NCBI GenBank assembly: GCA_028534125.1 | Contig: CM052816.1 | Span: 39,806,001-39,870,000, forward strand | Reading direction: 5' to 3' | Source: Lama glama | Taxonomy: Eukaryota | Length of the DNA stretch: 64,000 nt | Notes under the pieces: model-generated | Database searches by the model: none | What the model was told of the DNA's origin: nothing | What the model saw: the letters and a program-made list of their open reading frames with translations, nothing else | In this document: piece after piece, positions 53,001 to 64,000 of the stretch | Layout of the letters: every line of letters begins with the position of its first letter | How positions within the stretch are numbered: the first letter of the stretch is position 1 | Program-made: the position numbers and the translations under genes

Positions 53001-54180
53001 TATTTAGACTTTTCTGCATTTAATATAATAGTTTTATTCTATTTAGGCTTTTGAAAGTCAAATAAGCTCATGTTGTCTCTGTTACAGAATTTGTCATCAA
53101 GAAATATAACTTGAGATGATAGCTGCTTGATCTCTCATACAATTTTTGAGTAATCTAAACATAATTGTTAAGAACAAGTAAATTAACTAGATGTAATATA
53201 AACATTTATAGATGAACTTTTTAACAATACTTATGCTTTAAAATAGTTTCCAAATTTTTATTGGTGACCTCAAACCTTAAAAGTTATACTCAGATAATAA
53301 TGAATATTTATTGAATATATAGATCATTTCTAAATAAAATACTGAAACATAAATTACTAAACATAGATTTATTCACTTTTGGCTTCCTTTTACAGAGAAA
53401 CTAAAGATACTTGGGTTTATTAATAAACATATTTTGGGCTCCATTGAAAAATTTACTATGAGGAAGAACATACTTCAAGAACTTATGAAATGTATTTGTA
53501 AAATTGCTAGCCCACACCTGCTTGTTTCTTAGTTTTCATTAGGAATTAAAAGTTCTAAGGGTTAAGAATTCTGATCAACATATGTACTTAAAACCAAATA
53601 GAAACAAAACGGGTTAAGGGAAACAACTATGTATGAAAAGTAGGTAAGGAAAGTAAAACGAGTGAAAATTGTAGACTTTTGTAGGAAAAGAATCTTGGGA
53701 AAGGAGTTTTAGCTATGGTCAAAGTGACAAGATTGGAATGGATTTATTTAAGTTTTTTTAATTCAGATTAAGTATCAAAAGTACACTGGTCCAAAATTAG
53801 AATTTGATTTTCTTTCTGGTAAAAGGAAAAAGTTTTCTTAGATATTCATCTGCTTATAATACAAAATTGTAAACAGAAGTTTTTCTTTACCTTTTAAGTA
53901 ACCTGCCTTGACAGCAAAGGCTTTGCATCTTCCGAAAATCATTTACTGAGCTTTATATTATTTTTATTCTGTATTTGATTACTTAAGAAAACACAAACTT
54001 CTCAGTATTAAAAAAGGTAAGTCTTGTTTACAACTATGTAACTTCTGCACTTGTCTTTAACATCTTCTGTTGTCATTTTATTAAATAGATAATTATCATT
54101 TCATAATGATCTGGGATCCTATTTAATCAAATGTTCAAGCCTTTTGACACTTTTTTAAAAATAAATTCTGAATGGAGTCA
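50015..54180 (+). mobile_element. Degenerate ERV1 (MER4-group-like) provirus: 5' LTR about 50015-50405, PBS-like TTTGGGGG at 50408, non-coding internal region
   Basis: LTR-like block with agtaaa poly(A)-like signal, then TGG-initiated PBS-like site and leader, then AT-rich internal sequence typical of non-autonomous MER4-group ERVs; no gag/pol/env ORF recognised. Confidence 0.65.
52258..52312. repeat. Interrupted (TA)n microsatellite
   Basis: Visible directly in the sequence. Confidence 0.9.
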
Positions 54181-55068
54181 TTTCCTTTTTTTTTAAGTAT
54201 AGTTGATTTACAATGTGTTAGGTTCTGGTGTATAGCATAGTGATTCAGTTACACATATATATAATATTCTTTTTCATTATAGGTTGTTAAAATATATTGA
54301 ATGTAGTTCCCTGTGCTATATATTAGGACCTTGTTGTGTATCTATTTTATATATAGTAGTTTGTAATAGCTAATCCCAAATTCCTTATTTATCCCTTTCC
54401 TTCCCCTTTTCCCTTTGGTAACCATATGAACATCTTCTTTATCCATTCATCTATCTTTGGACATTTAGGTTACTTCCATGTCTTGGCTATTCTAAATAGT
54501 GCTGCCATGAACACTGGGGTGCATGTATCTTTTGAAATTAGAGTTTTCTTTGGATAAATGCCCAGGAGTGGGATTGCAGATCATGTGGTAACTCTATTTT
54601 TAGTTTTTTAAGGAATCTCCGTACTGTTTTCATAGTGGCTGCATCAAACTACAATCCCACCAATGCTGTAGGAAGGCTCCCTTTTCTCCACACCGTCTGC
54701 AGCATTTATCCTTTCTGGACTTTTTAATGATGACCATTCTGTGTGAGGTGATAGCTCACTGTAGTTTTGATTTGCATTTCTCTGATAATTAGCGATATTG
54801 AGCATCTTTTCGTTTGCCTATTGGCCATCTGTATGTCTTCATTGGAGAGATGTCGGCTTAGGTCTTCTACCCATGTTTTGATTCTGGTTTTGTTGTTGTT
54901 GTTATTGAGCTGTATGAGCTATTTGTATATTCTTATCAGTCTTGTCATTTGCACATATTTTTTCTAGTCTGTAGGTTATCTTCTCTTTTTGTTTGTGGTT
55001 TCCTTTGCTGTGCAAAAGCTTGTAAGTTTAATTAGGTCTCATTTTTAATTTTTGCTTTTATTTCTGTT
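54181..55068 (-). mobile_element. L1 3' end inserted in the ERV
   Basis: Poly-T, then aagtatagttgatttacaatgtgttag...gtagttccctgtgctata...tgtgcaaaagcttgtaagtttaattaggtc. Confidence 0.88.
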
Positions 55069-55139
55069 CTGATTTTCCATGGGCTTCTGGAAAATCTCAA
55101 AGTTATTTTGAAGTCAAAAAGATTCCATTTAGAGAAAAA

Positions 55140-55492
55140 GGATAGAGAAAGGCTTCACGATGGTGAAAGAGAAGGACACGGAGCTCACCTCCTCCCACAA
55201 ATGCATTAAAAATACACCTACTTGTGGAATAATTCTCACATCACACCTACTGAACTCTGGCAGAAGATCTCATACAATTGAAGCTACAAGAAAAATCTCC
55301 ACTAACTGAGTAGGGGGAAAAAGAGGAATCTGAATGAGATGGGTTACTAGGAAGGGAGCTGTAAAAAAGGAAAGGTTTCCTCATCTTGGGAACCTTTCAC
55401 CAGTGGGGAGATCAGTCAGGACAGAAAGAAAGCTTCAAAAGCTCAGAGGAGAGCCCAGTATCCGGTTTACAACAGGCAGAACAGAGAGAAGA
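55140..55492 (+). mobile_element. Isolated L1 5' UTR start
   Basis: Homologous to the reverse complement of 42250-42600 (gagctcacc..ctcc.acaaat..at..aaatac..ctac..gtggaa.aattctcaca..tgaactctgg.agaagatct). Confidence 0.8.
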
Positions 55493-56279
55493 GAAGCTGA
55501 CATCGAGGTACATGCTTACTCCCAAGATGTCAGATCAAGAATATTTATTTTCATTTCTCCTTGCCTCTCTGACCACTGTTTGCCTATTTCTTATACCAGG
55601 AATGTCTCTATGATTCTTTTGTCCACATATTTCCTCACCGTATCCTGAAAAGATAATCCTATTATATATCAGATCGTTAAAAAGAGGGTAATCCAAACTC
55701 CAACAGTCTGTTGAATTTGCTACGATTGTGGTGATCCTGTAGTTCTTTTTGACAGTCAGTCACTCTCAAATGGGTTTGTACTTCATCTTAATTCAGTTTT
55801 GACACTGCACAAATCTATGAGTGTAAACCGCTTTTAACCTGTTTCAAAGAACAGGAAACTGAGTTGTCTCCCTACAGATGTGCCTCATTGTAGAATGGAT
55901 TGATCAGTGGACTAGTGCAACCTCTAAATATGGGTAAAACATCTAAATACAGGTGTGGAAATTAGGTGTCACAGTGAGAAGGTGAGAGGAGGGTGGGAGC
56001 ACAAGTTTTGTGGGAGACGTGCTTGTTTGTTAAGTGCTCCAAGCACCTATAACCTGACCTAGGACAGGCCAGACGCTTTTGTCAGTCTCAGGTTTGGAAG
56101 CCACAGGATTCATGTGATTCTTCCAGAAATGGATACAGAGATTATTTATCTACTTCTGGTTGCTACAGGATATCTGCCATACCCTATAATTTTTCTTTTA
56201 AAAGAGGCCCTATATTGGTGGATTAAATGTCAAGAAGTCTGTTTATAAAGGTATGCTTTTCTTTTTGCAAATAATAATA

Positions 56280-56520
56280 CTGATAATGATAATGGCTAAT
56301 ATGGATTAAGTACTTTTAATTTTTAAAAGATTGCCAAGCTTGATATTATGAAATTCAGTAAATACATGGGTTAGGTACTGTTATCATTGTTGTTTTAAAG
56401 ATGAGAAAAGTAGGTATTAGAGAAGTTAAATAATTTGTCCAAGGTCACGAACAACTGTGGTGCTAGGACTGGAACAGAGGACTTATGAACTGGATATCCG
56501 TATTCTTAAAAACTATATTA
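56280..56520 (-). mobile_element. MIR SINE
   Basis: taggtactgttatc...agatgagaaaagtagg...agagaagttaaataatttgtccaaggtcac. Confidence 0.75.
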
Positions 56521-56556
56521 TCTCACCTTCACCTATAGACAGGTGGCTGCAATATA

Positions 56557-58604
56557 CAGGTATACCTTGGAGGTGTTGTGGAATAGATTTGAGACCATCA
56601 CAATAAATTTAATATTACAATACAGTGAATCAGATTAAGTTTTTGGTTTCCTAGTGCCTATTAAAGTTATATTTACATGATACTGTAGTCTGTTAAGTGT
56701 GCAGTAGCATTGTATCTAAACAATGTGCAAACCTTAATTAAAAAACACTTTATTGCTAAAAATTGCTAACCATCATCTGAGCCTTTAGTGAGTCATGATC
56801 CTTTTGGTGAGGAAGGATCTTACCTCCATGTTGATGGTTGCTGACTGATCAGTGGCTGCTGATCATTTCTTTGTTACATGCAATTCCATTTTATAGCATC
56901 TTGTCCTCAGAACTTCTTCCAAAATTAAAGTCAGTTTTCTTAAAACCTGCTGCTGCTTTATCAACTAAGTTTATGTAATATTTTAAATCCTTTGTTGTCA
57001 TTTCAACAGTCTTCATGGCATCTTCACCAGTAGATTCCATCTCAAGAAACCACTTAATTTGCTCATTCATAAGAAGCAACCTCTCATCAGTTCAAGTTTT
57101 ATCATGAGATTGCAGCAGTTGTCACATCTTCAGGCTCCACTTCTAATTCTAGTTCTCTTGCTCTTTCCACCACATCTGCAGTCACTTCCTCCACGGAAGT
57201 CCTGAACCCCTCACAATCATCCATGAGGGCTGGAATCAGTTTCTTCCAAACCTCTGTTAATGTTGCTATTTTTATCTTGCCCCATGAGTCAAGAATGTTC
57301 TTAATGGCATTTAGTATGATAAAGTCTTTCCAGATGCTTTTCAATTGACTTTTCCAAGGTCCATCAGAGGAATCAGTATTTATGGCAGCTGCTTAGCCTT
57401 ACAAAATATATTTCTTGAATCTTATGATTTGAAAGTCCAAACTACCCCTTGACCCACGGGCTGTAGAATGGATGTTATGTTTGCAGGCATGAAAACAACA
57501 TGACGGTTGTTGGACGTCTCCAGCAGAGAGCTCTTGAATGACCAGGTACCTTGTCAATGAGCAGTATTATTTTGAAAGGAATCTTTTTTTTTTTCTGAGC
57601 AGTAAGTGTCAACAGTAGGCTTAAAATATTTAGTAAATCTGTTGAGCAGTAAGTGTCAACAGATGTGCTGTCATCCAGGCTTTGTTATTTCATTTTTAGA
57701 GCACAGGCAGAGTACATCTACTATCATTCTTAGGGGCCTTAGGAATTTTGGAATGGTAAATGAGCATTGGCTTCAACTTCAAGTTACCTGCTGCATTAAC
57801 CCCTAACAAGACAGTCCACCTGTCCTTTAATACTTTGAAGCCAAGCATTGACTTCTCTATCCATGAAAGTCCTAAATGGCATCTTCTTCCAATACAAGGT
57901 TGTTTTATCTATGTCGGAAATCTGTTACTTAGCAGATTCATTGACTATCTTAGCTAGATCTTCTGGATAACTTGCTGCAGCTCCTATACTAGTCCTTGCT
58001 GCTTTACCTTGCATTTTGATATTATAAGGATGACTTTTTTTCCTTAAACCTCATAAACCGACTTGTGCTAGCTTCAAACTTTTCTTCTGCTGTTTCCTCA
58101 CCTCTCTCTACCTTCATAGAGTTGAAGAGAGTTAGGGCCGCCCTCTGGACTGAGCATTGGGTTAAGAGAATGTTGTGGCTGGTTTGATCTTCTATTCAGA
58201 CTGCTTAAACTTTCTCCATCTCAGCAATAAGGCTGTGTCACTTTTTTTTTTAATTGTTCATGTGTTCACTGTAATAGCACTTTTAACTTTCTTCAAGAAC
58301 TTTCCCTTTGCATTCACAACATGGCCAACTATTGGCGCAAGAGGCCTAGATTTTGGTCTGTCTTGGGATTAATTATCACAGATCACCATGACAAATATAA
58401 CAACAATGAAAAAGTTTGAAATGTTGAGGGATTACCAAAATGTGACACGGAAACATGAAGCGAGGAAATGTTATTGGCAAAATGGCACCAATAAACTTGC
58501 TTGATGAAGAGTTGCCACAACTTTTAGTTTGCACACACACACACACAAAAAGCAGTACCTGGAAAGAGCAATAAATTGATGTGCCATAAAATGAGTTATG
58601 CCTT
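56557..58604 (-). mobile_element. Tigger1 (pogo/Tc-mariner) DNA transposon, both ends present, transposase disrupted
   Basis: TA+CAGGTATACCT terminus and GAGTTATGCCT(TA) terminus; minus-strand transposase remnants 57102-57344 ([16 protein letters not shown]...[38 protein letters not shown]) and 56891-57079. Confidence 0.92.
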
Positions 58605-59565
58605 ATTAAATTGAAGTATTTGTTAAATCTTTGCTTTATTTCAAAAAGAATGAGAAACTGTTGGGTACTTCTTACTAGTTTTCTTAATAGAGTACAGGAA
58701 ACCAATATGCATTATATTCATGCATATACTTGATCTGTTTTCCAGGAAATGTAAGTTGTACAGTATCTCATGATTTATTTTTCAGTTGTATGTGCTTTTT
58801 AGATGAGATGGTTACTGACTAGAAGTTAGAATTTTATCATTTTAAAAGGCTTGTCAGTCAGTCATTTAACTAATTAATATAGAGTACTTGTATTATTCAT
58901 TACATTATTAAATGGTATGTCAATAAGATACTATAAAACTTTCTGTTCAGAAATAATGAATTAAACTTATCAGCTTCCAGTCTTTTCTTTAAAGTTGAAA
59001 AAGAATGATTAATGTTTTTCTATATTAAGTCAAAATTTAAAGGCATTATTTAAAAGCACTCATTTGCAAATTAAAGCTAATTCACTATGTTCATTAAAGC
59101 TACGCTTACCTAAAATGATTTTTACTTGATTATGAATATTATGATTAAATGAGTCTTAGTATGCAAATATCACTTAAGTTCATTTACATATGTTACTTAA
59201 AATCACAAGCTTTTACAAGCACAGTAGAGTTCTCAAAATATAAAACTTCTGCTAAATCAAGATTGGAAATCACCATTCTGTAAACTATATTGATAGAAAT
59301 AATTTTTGAATAGCTTATTTGTCCTCCTTACTTTGAAATATGAAAATGCAATTAAAATTTATGACTGTTCTCTTCTCAAAAATGTAAGCATGGCTTGTAA
59401 AATATATGTATGTGTAGAATGGAAAATTCACATGGATATTTGTGTAGAGTAAATAAAGGATTACCTAAGATACTAAAACATGTTACTATTTTTAATAACA
59501 GCTAAAATAATGATGATGATAGTAATAACTGCCAGTAGTCAAGAGTTATTCATGCTCAGGTTGGT

Positions 59566-60113
59566 GTTGGGGAGTGTTCTCTACCCTTCTGGTTTCTTCT
59601 GGCTGGTCTAAGAATTAAATTAACAGGGGACATATTAATGGGAGAAAATCAAATGAAGGTTTAATAACATGTATACATGGGAGAGAACCAGGAAAACTAG
59701 TACTTGCCACAATGGCCAAAGCCCTCACCTTAGATACCATCTTCAGCTGAAGACGAAAGAGAGTGTGGAGGGTAGTGGTTTAGAACTTCAAAGAGGAGGA
59801 AGGCAATTCACATAGAGATGGAAAAGCAAATGTTTGGTAATCAGATGTTGGCTCGGCCAGGCAGGGAAACGGGACACAGAGAGGAGTTCTAACAGACTTT
59901 GCTAGATTTCTCCCTGTCTTCACACCTAGTTAATACTGCAGTGATCTACAGCAACAGCTACCTTCCTACAACAGGTCCTTTGTCTGCATTTTTTCAGACA
60001 GTTGGGTAAGGTCAAAGTTTATTCCTGAGTCTTTTGGGCCTTGATTATTTTCAGCTCAGAATAATCCTCATACCAAAGAGACATTTTGGGGTGGCAAATT
60101 TTGCTCCCCTACA
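59566..60113 (-). mobile_element. MER34/MER39-like ERV1 solo LTR
   Basis: TG...CA bounded; ends ccaaagagacattttggggtggcaaattttgctcccctaca; homologous to the LTR at 43965. Confidence 0.75.
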
Positions 60114-60194
60114 GTGGTTATATACGTTTCTTCATAAGGTGATATAAAATGATACAAAGAATTGCAATTTATGTGTTAAATACTACATAAAAGG

Positions 60195-60395
60195 TTTCCT
60201 GGTAAGCACCCTATACGAATTATGTCACTATATCATCATAAAAGGTCTTTTGAGTCTGGTGCTATTATAGTCCCCCATTAATCAAATTAGTGAACTTCAG
60301 CCTCAAAAATAAGTAGCTTTTGCAGGATTACATGAGTAGGAAGGGGCTAAACAGGAATCTAACTCTAAAGCCCATGCTCATAATCTCTGCTCTGT
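60195..60395 (-). mobile_element. MIR SINE (degenerate)
   Basis: ggtgctattatagtccccc...tctaactctaaagcccatgctc. Confidence 0.5.
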
Positions 60396-62047
60396 ATTTG
60401 CTTTTACCAGAGAGAATGGTCATTGGCAAATTCAGAAATAGAACTTCTCTATTCACATATGTTACTAAAGTCATTTATGTGAAAATTCAAATGTATTCTT
60501 ATTCTGATACCTAGTTGGGAACCATTGGGATTCTGATATGTAAATGTACTTGTGAAGTACAAATATAAATCTTAGTAATGATATACCCCTTTTTTCCTTT
60601 AGTGTCTTTTGCTCAGTAGATTACTATTAACAATGGGTGTCACCATATGGGACATTAGATATCTGTTTAATTTTATCAATGATATAATCACAATAAAATT
60701 CTAACTAATATCTGGCTTTAAGTCTATCTGATGCTTACCAGGTGTTCTCCAGTTATACAAAATAAAATAACTTTGTGAATGTCCAAATTTACAAAACAGG
60801 TAAGTTAGAATGTGGTTACATGAAATCCCCAAATATTTCTCACTTCCTGAGAATATTCATTAAAATGTCTTTTTAAATGATAAATCATCTAAGAGAAATT
60901 TAAAATATATGCTGCATTATAGAAAATAATCAATTTACAACTATCTTTTCAAGCATGCATCTATTGCTTAAACTTCTGTAAACCTGATTTCTGAAGGCAC
61001 CATGATGGTGATCTGAGAAAAAAGCATCAGCGTCTGACACATGTACAATAGAGCCTGTGGCCTCCGTATACTGAGGAGATGGCACTGTTTTCCAGAGGAC
61101 CAGCCCTGCCCCATCACAGCACTCTCAGCTTCTTAGATGTGTCTCCTTGTAAAGCAGAATCAGCACTTAATGCATTAAAGTGCATTTGATGTGTTCACCT
61201 CTTATCAGGCTTATTTCAGAAAACAAGGAAATTGCAAGTTTTGAAATGGTGCTGTTTAAAAATAGTTTGCAGTTTCTTTTTAAGTGCTTCCCACCATCCA
61301 TAACCTCCTCCTGTGGATAACAGACTTCTACTTGAAAATGAAATATAACATTTAAAAGTGTCATTTTATAGGTTCAGTCCAAACCTTTATAAATTTCTTT
61401 GGTCCATCTTATTTTTTCCCAAATGAGGAAACAATAAAATCTGTTATTTTTATATCCTTTAATAAATGAAAAAATATTTCTAAATAACTGTGTCTTAATT
61501 AGACACTGAATATGTCTTTCAGAAGCAAAGCAAATCTCTATTGAGCTCAATCCTAAGGAAAGCAGTTAATGACACTTTCTGTGTGAAAATGTTTAAGATT
61601 TTGAGAATTTTGTTCCCTGAATATTCGGGGGGGGCCCTCATTGGGATTAAGAATGATAACAATAATAATGACTATAATGATAACATATGCAAAAGAATAC
61701 ATAATTTTCAAATACTTACTATCATTCTGTCAACAGGCTGAACGTGGAAACAGAGGCAAACCTGTATGAAAAAAAATGACTTAATACCTTGCTAGGTACT
61801 GTGCAAAACAATTTACATAAGTTATTTCTTTTAAACCATACTGAATCCCTATAGGTAGATATTGTCCTAATTTAACATACAATAAAACCTAGATTATAAA
61901 GAGTTAAGTAACTTAATTTGCTCTTAAATGTGTATTACCAAGCACCTCTGTTTATTTGTTCACCACTCCATCAGGGAACAAAACAGCAAAAATTCCTTAG
62001 TAGAGATTACATTGTCATTGGGAACATGCTGTGTATACATATACACA

Positions 62048-62346
62048 CAGGTGCCAACTTTATTAAAAAAAATACAAAATACCGAGTTAAATTTTAATTT
62101 CAGATAAACAACAAATAAATTTTGGTGTAAATATGTCCCAAATGCTGTATGGCTAAAGAATGTAAAATATATTGTATTTTAAATGTATGTTCCATATGTT
62201 ACATATTTAAATGTACAGTTTAAATACGAGTTTTTGATAAACAACAAATAACATTTTTATTATTATTATGTCCCAGGCAGTATTTGGACATACTTATATC
62301 TCAAAATCAAATTTAACTGGAATCTTGCTTTTTAGTTGGGAACCTT
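62048..62346. mobile_element. MER53-like hAT MITE inserted in an L2
   Basis: agttaaattttaatttcagataaacaacaaataaa...tatgtcccaaat...ggacatacttata...caaatttaactgg...aacctta; internal segment duplicated. Confidence 0.75.
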
Positions 62347-62389
62347 AACACTTAACACATATGCACACATAAACACACACAAACACAAA

Positions 62390-62665
62390 CTATATTGGAT
62401 CATGACAAGTGTAGTGAAGAAAAATATGTTAGGTAATTAGAATAGGAAATAGTAGGGAAAAGGAACTGAAAATTTAGATAAGGTAGTTAGGGAAGACTTT
62501 ACTGAGAAGATAGTATTTGAGCAAATATCTTAAGGAAGTGGCAGCAAACCAAGGAGATCTAGAAAAAGAACTTTTTAGGCAGAGGAAATGGCAAAGGCAA
62601 GACAGTACACAAAGACTGTCAGTTTACATGAAATGGAAAGTGGAATGGAGAGCAGTATGATAACC
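62390..62665 (-). mobile_element. L2 LINE fragment (further piece at about 61960-62030)
   Basis: ggtagttagggaagactttactgagaagatagtatttgagcaaatatct...aggcagaggaaatggcaaaggcaag. Confidence 0.7.
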
Positions 62666-62896
62666 AGGTTACAATAATAATAACTACCACTTGTGACATA
62701 AGTGGGTCTTTGCTAATTTCTTAAGCCCAATTATAGGTAACAGATACATATATACTCTTTTCATTAAACTTTCTACAACCTAGATTGAATTAATGTTAAT
62801 ATCAGGAAATACAGATGATGGTATATAGAGATAGAGAACCAAGGCAAAAACAATTCATGAGGCTAGCCATATGCCATCAGGTTTTAGTTTCAGATC

Positions 62897-63582
62897 TGTA
62901 TATAGTATTCCATTGTATGTGTGTGTGTGTGTGTGTGTGTATGTGTGTGTGTACAATGTATATATATACACACACATATACAATGTGTGTGTATATATAT
63001 ACACACACAATGTATATATACACGTGTGTGTGTGTGTGAGTGTGTGTGTATATACAATGTATATACCATATCTTCTTTATCCATTCGTAAACTGATGAAT
63101 ACTTAGGTTGCTTCCATATCTTGCTTATTGTAAATAATGCTATTATGAACATTGGGGTGCATATATCTTTTTGAATTAGTGTTTTCAACTTCTTTGGATT
63201 TATACCCAGGAGTGGAATTGCTGTATCATATGGTAGTTGTATTTTTAGTTTTTTGAGGAACCTCCATGCTGTTTTCCACAGTGGCTACACTAATTTACAT
63301 TCCCACCAGCACTGTACAAGGATTCTCTTTTCTCCATGTCCTCGCCGACATTTGTTATTTGTAGTCTTTTTGATGACAGTCTTTCTGACAGGTGTGAGGT
63401 GATATCTCATTGTAGTTTTGATTTGCATTTTCTGATGATTAGCAATGTTGAGCATCTTTATATGTGCCTGTTGGACATCTCTGTGTCTTCTTTGGGAAAA
63501 TGTCTCTTCAGGTCTTCTGCCCGTTTTTTAATTTGGTTGTTTGGGGTTTTTGTTTTTGTTTTTGTTTTTTGATATTGAGTTA
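62897..63582 (-). mobile_element. L1 3' fragment with a compound (TG)/(TA)/(CA) microsatellite at 62915-63066
   Basis: tagtattccattgt...tcttctttatccattc...atacccaggagtggaattgctg...gacaggtgtgaggtgatatctcattgt. Confidence 0.88.
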
Positions 63583-64000
63583 ACACCTAATATCTTAATG
63601 GAACATTCTTGAAGGTCTTCCATATCCTCCATAGCCCACAGTCAAGTAGGGAACCACAAGCAAACAGAGAAGACCCTAATAGAAGAGGCATACATGACAA
63701 TGATTTAATCATAAAGAACTCTACTAATGCTTACAAATAAGGCTGTTGAGCAGAAGTGGATCCTATAATGTCCTAAAAGAACTGAAGTGATGACTTAAGT
63801 GACTTACTCCAAGCTTTAAGTTATTTACTGTAGAATTTAGCTGATTAGATCATTTAAATTTTAAAGTCTGAGTTTTAGTGATGTTAATGTATTGATATAT
63901 AAATTTGCCACTAAAATTTTTCATATGGAATCTTCCAGGCAAGAAAATCAGTCTACATATTACAGACATATATAACTTTGATAAACTATGTAAATTACAT

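Noticed and set aside
43965..60113. The two MER34/39-like LTRs as ends of one provirus
   Set aside because: They are too diverged, and the intervening DNA contains older MIR, L1MC and Tigger elements
1..64000. Prokaryotic systems (CRISPR, operons) or tRNA/rRNA genes
   Set aside because: The sequence is mammalian and repeat-rich; no spaced repeat arrays or structural RNA genes were recognised

Overview
Mammalian non-coding, AT-rich DNA dominated by repeats: L1 LINEs, ERV/MaLR LTRs, MIR, L2, hAT elements and one near-complete Tigger1. The young L1 3' ends look cetartiodactyl, and I see no Alu, Bov-tA/BovB, PRE1 or CHR SINEs, so a camelid genome is my best guess (inference). I find no intact protein-coding gene; the listed ORFs are repeat remnants or chance ORFs. 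The standout is 6935-7840, an intronless, frameshifted processed pseudogene of the 3' part of CHTF18. Its coding sequence has decayed badly, yet it still looks like a CpG island (about 55 CpGs in 880 bp by hand count). It carries a cluster of ETS/CRE/E-box/NRF1-type motifs, has no sense ATG for about 800 nt, and is followed directly by tandem splice donors. This suggests the retrocopy may have been re-used as a promoter and first exon. Repeat family names come from recalled consensus sequences, not a database search, and most repeat boundaries are approximate (about +/-30 bp).
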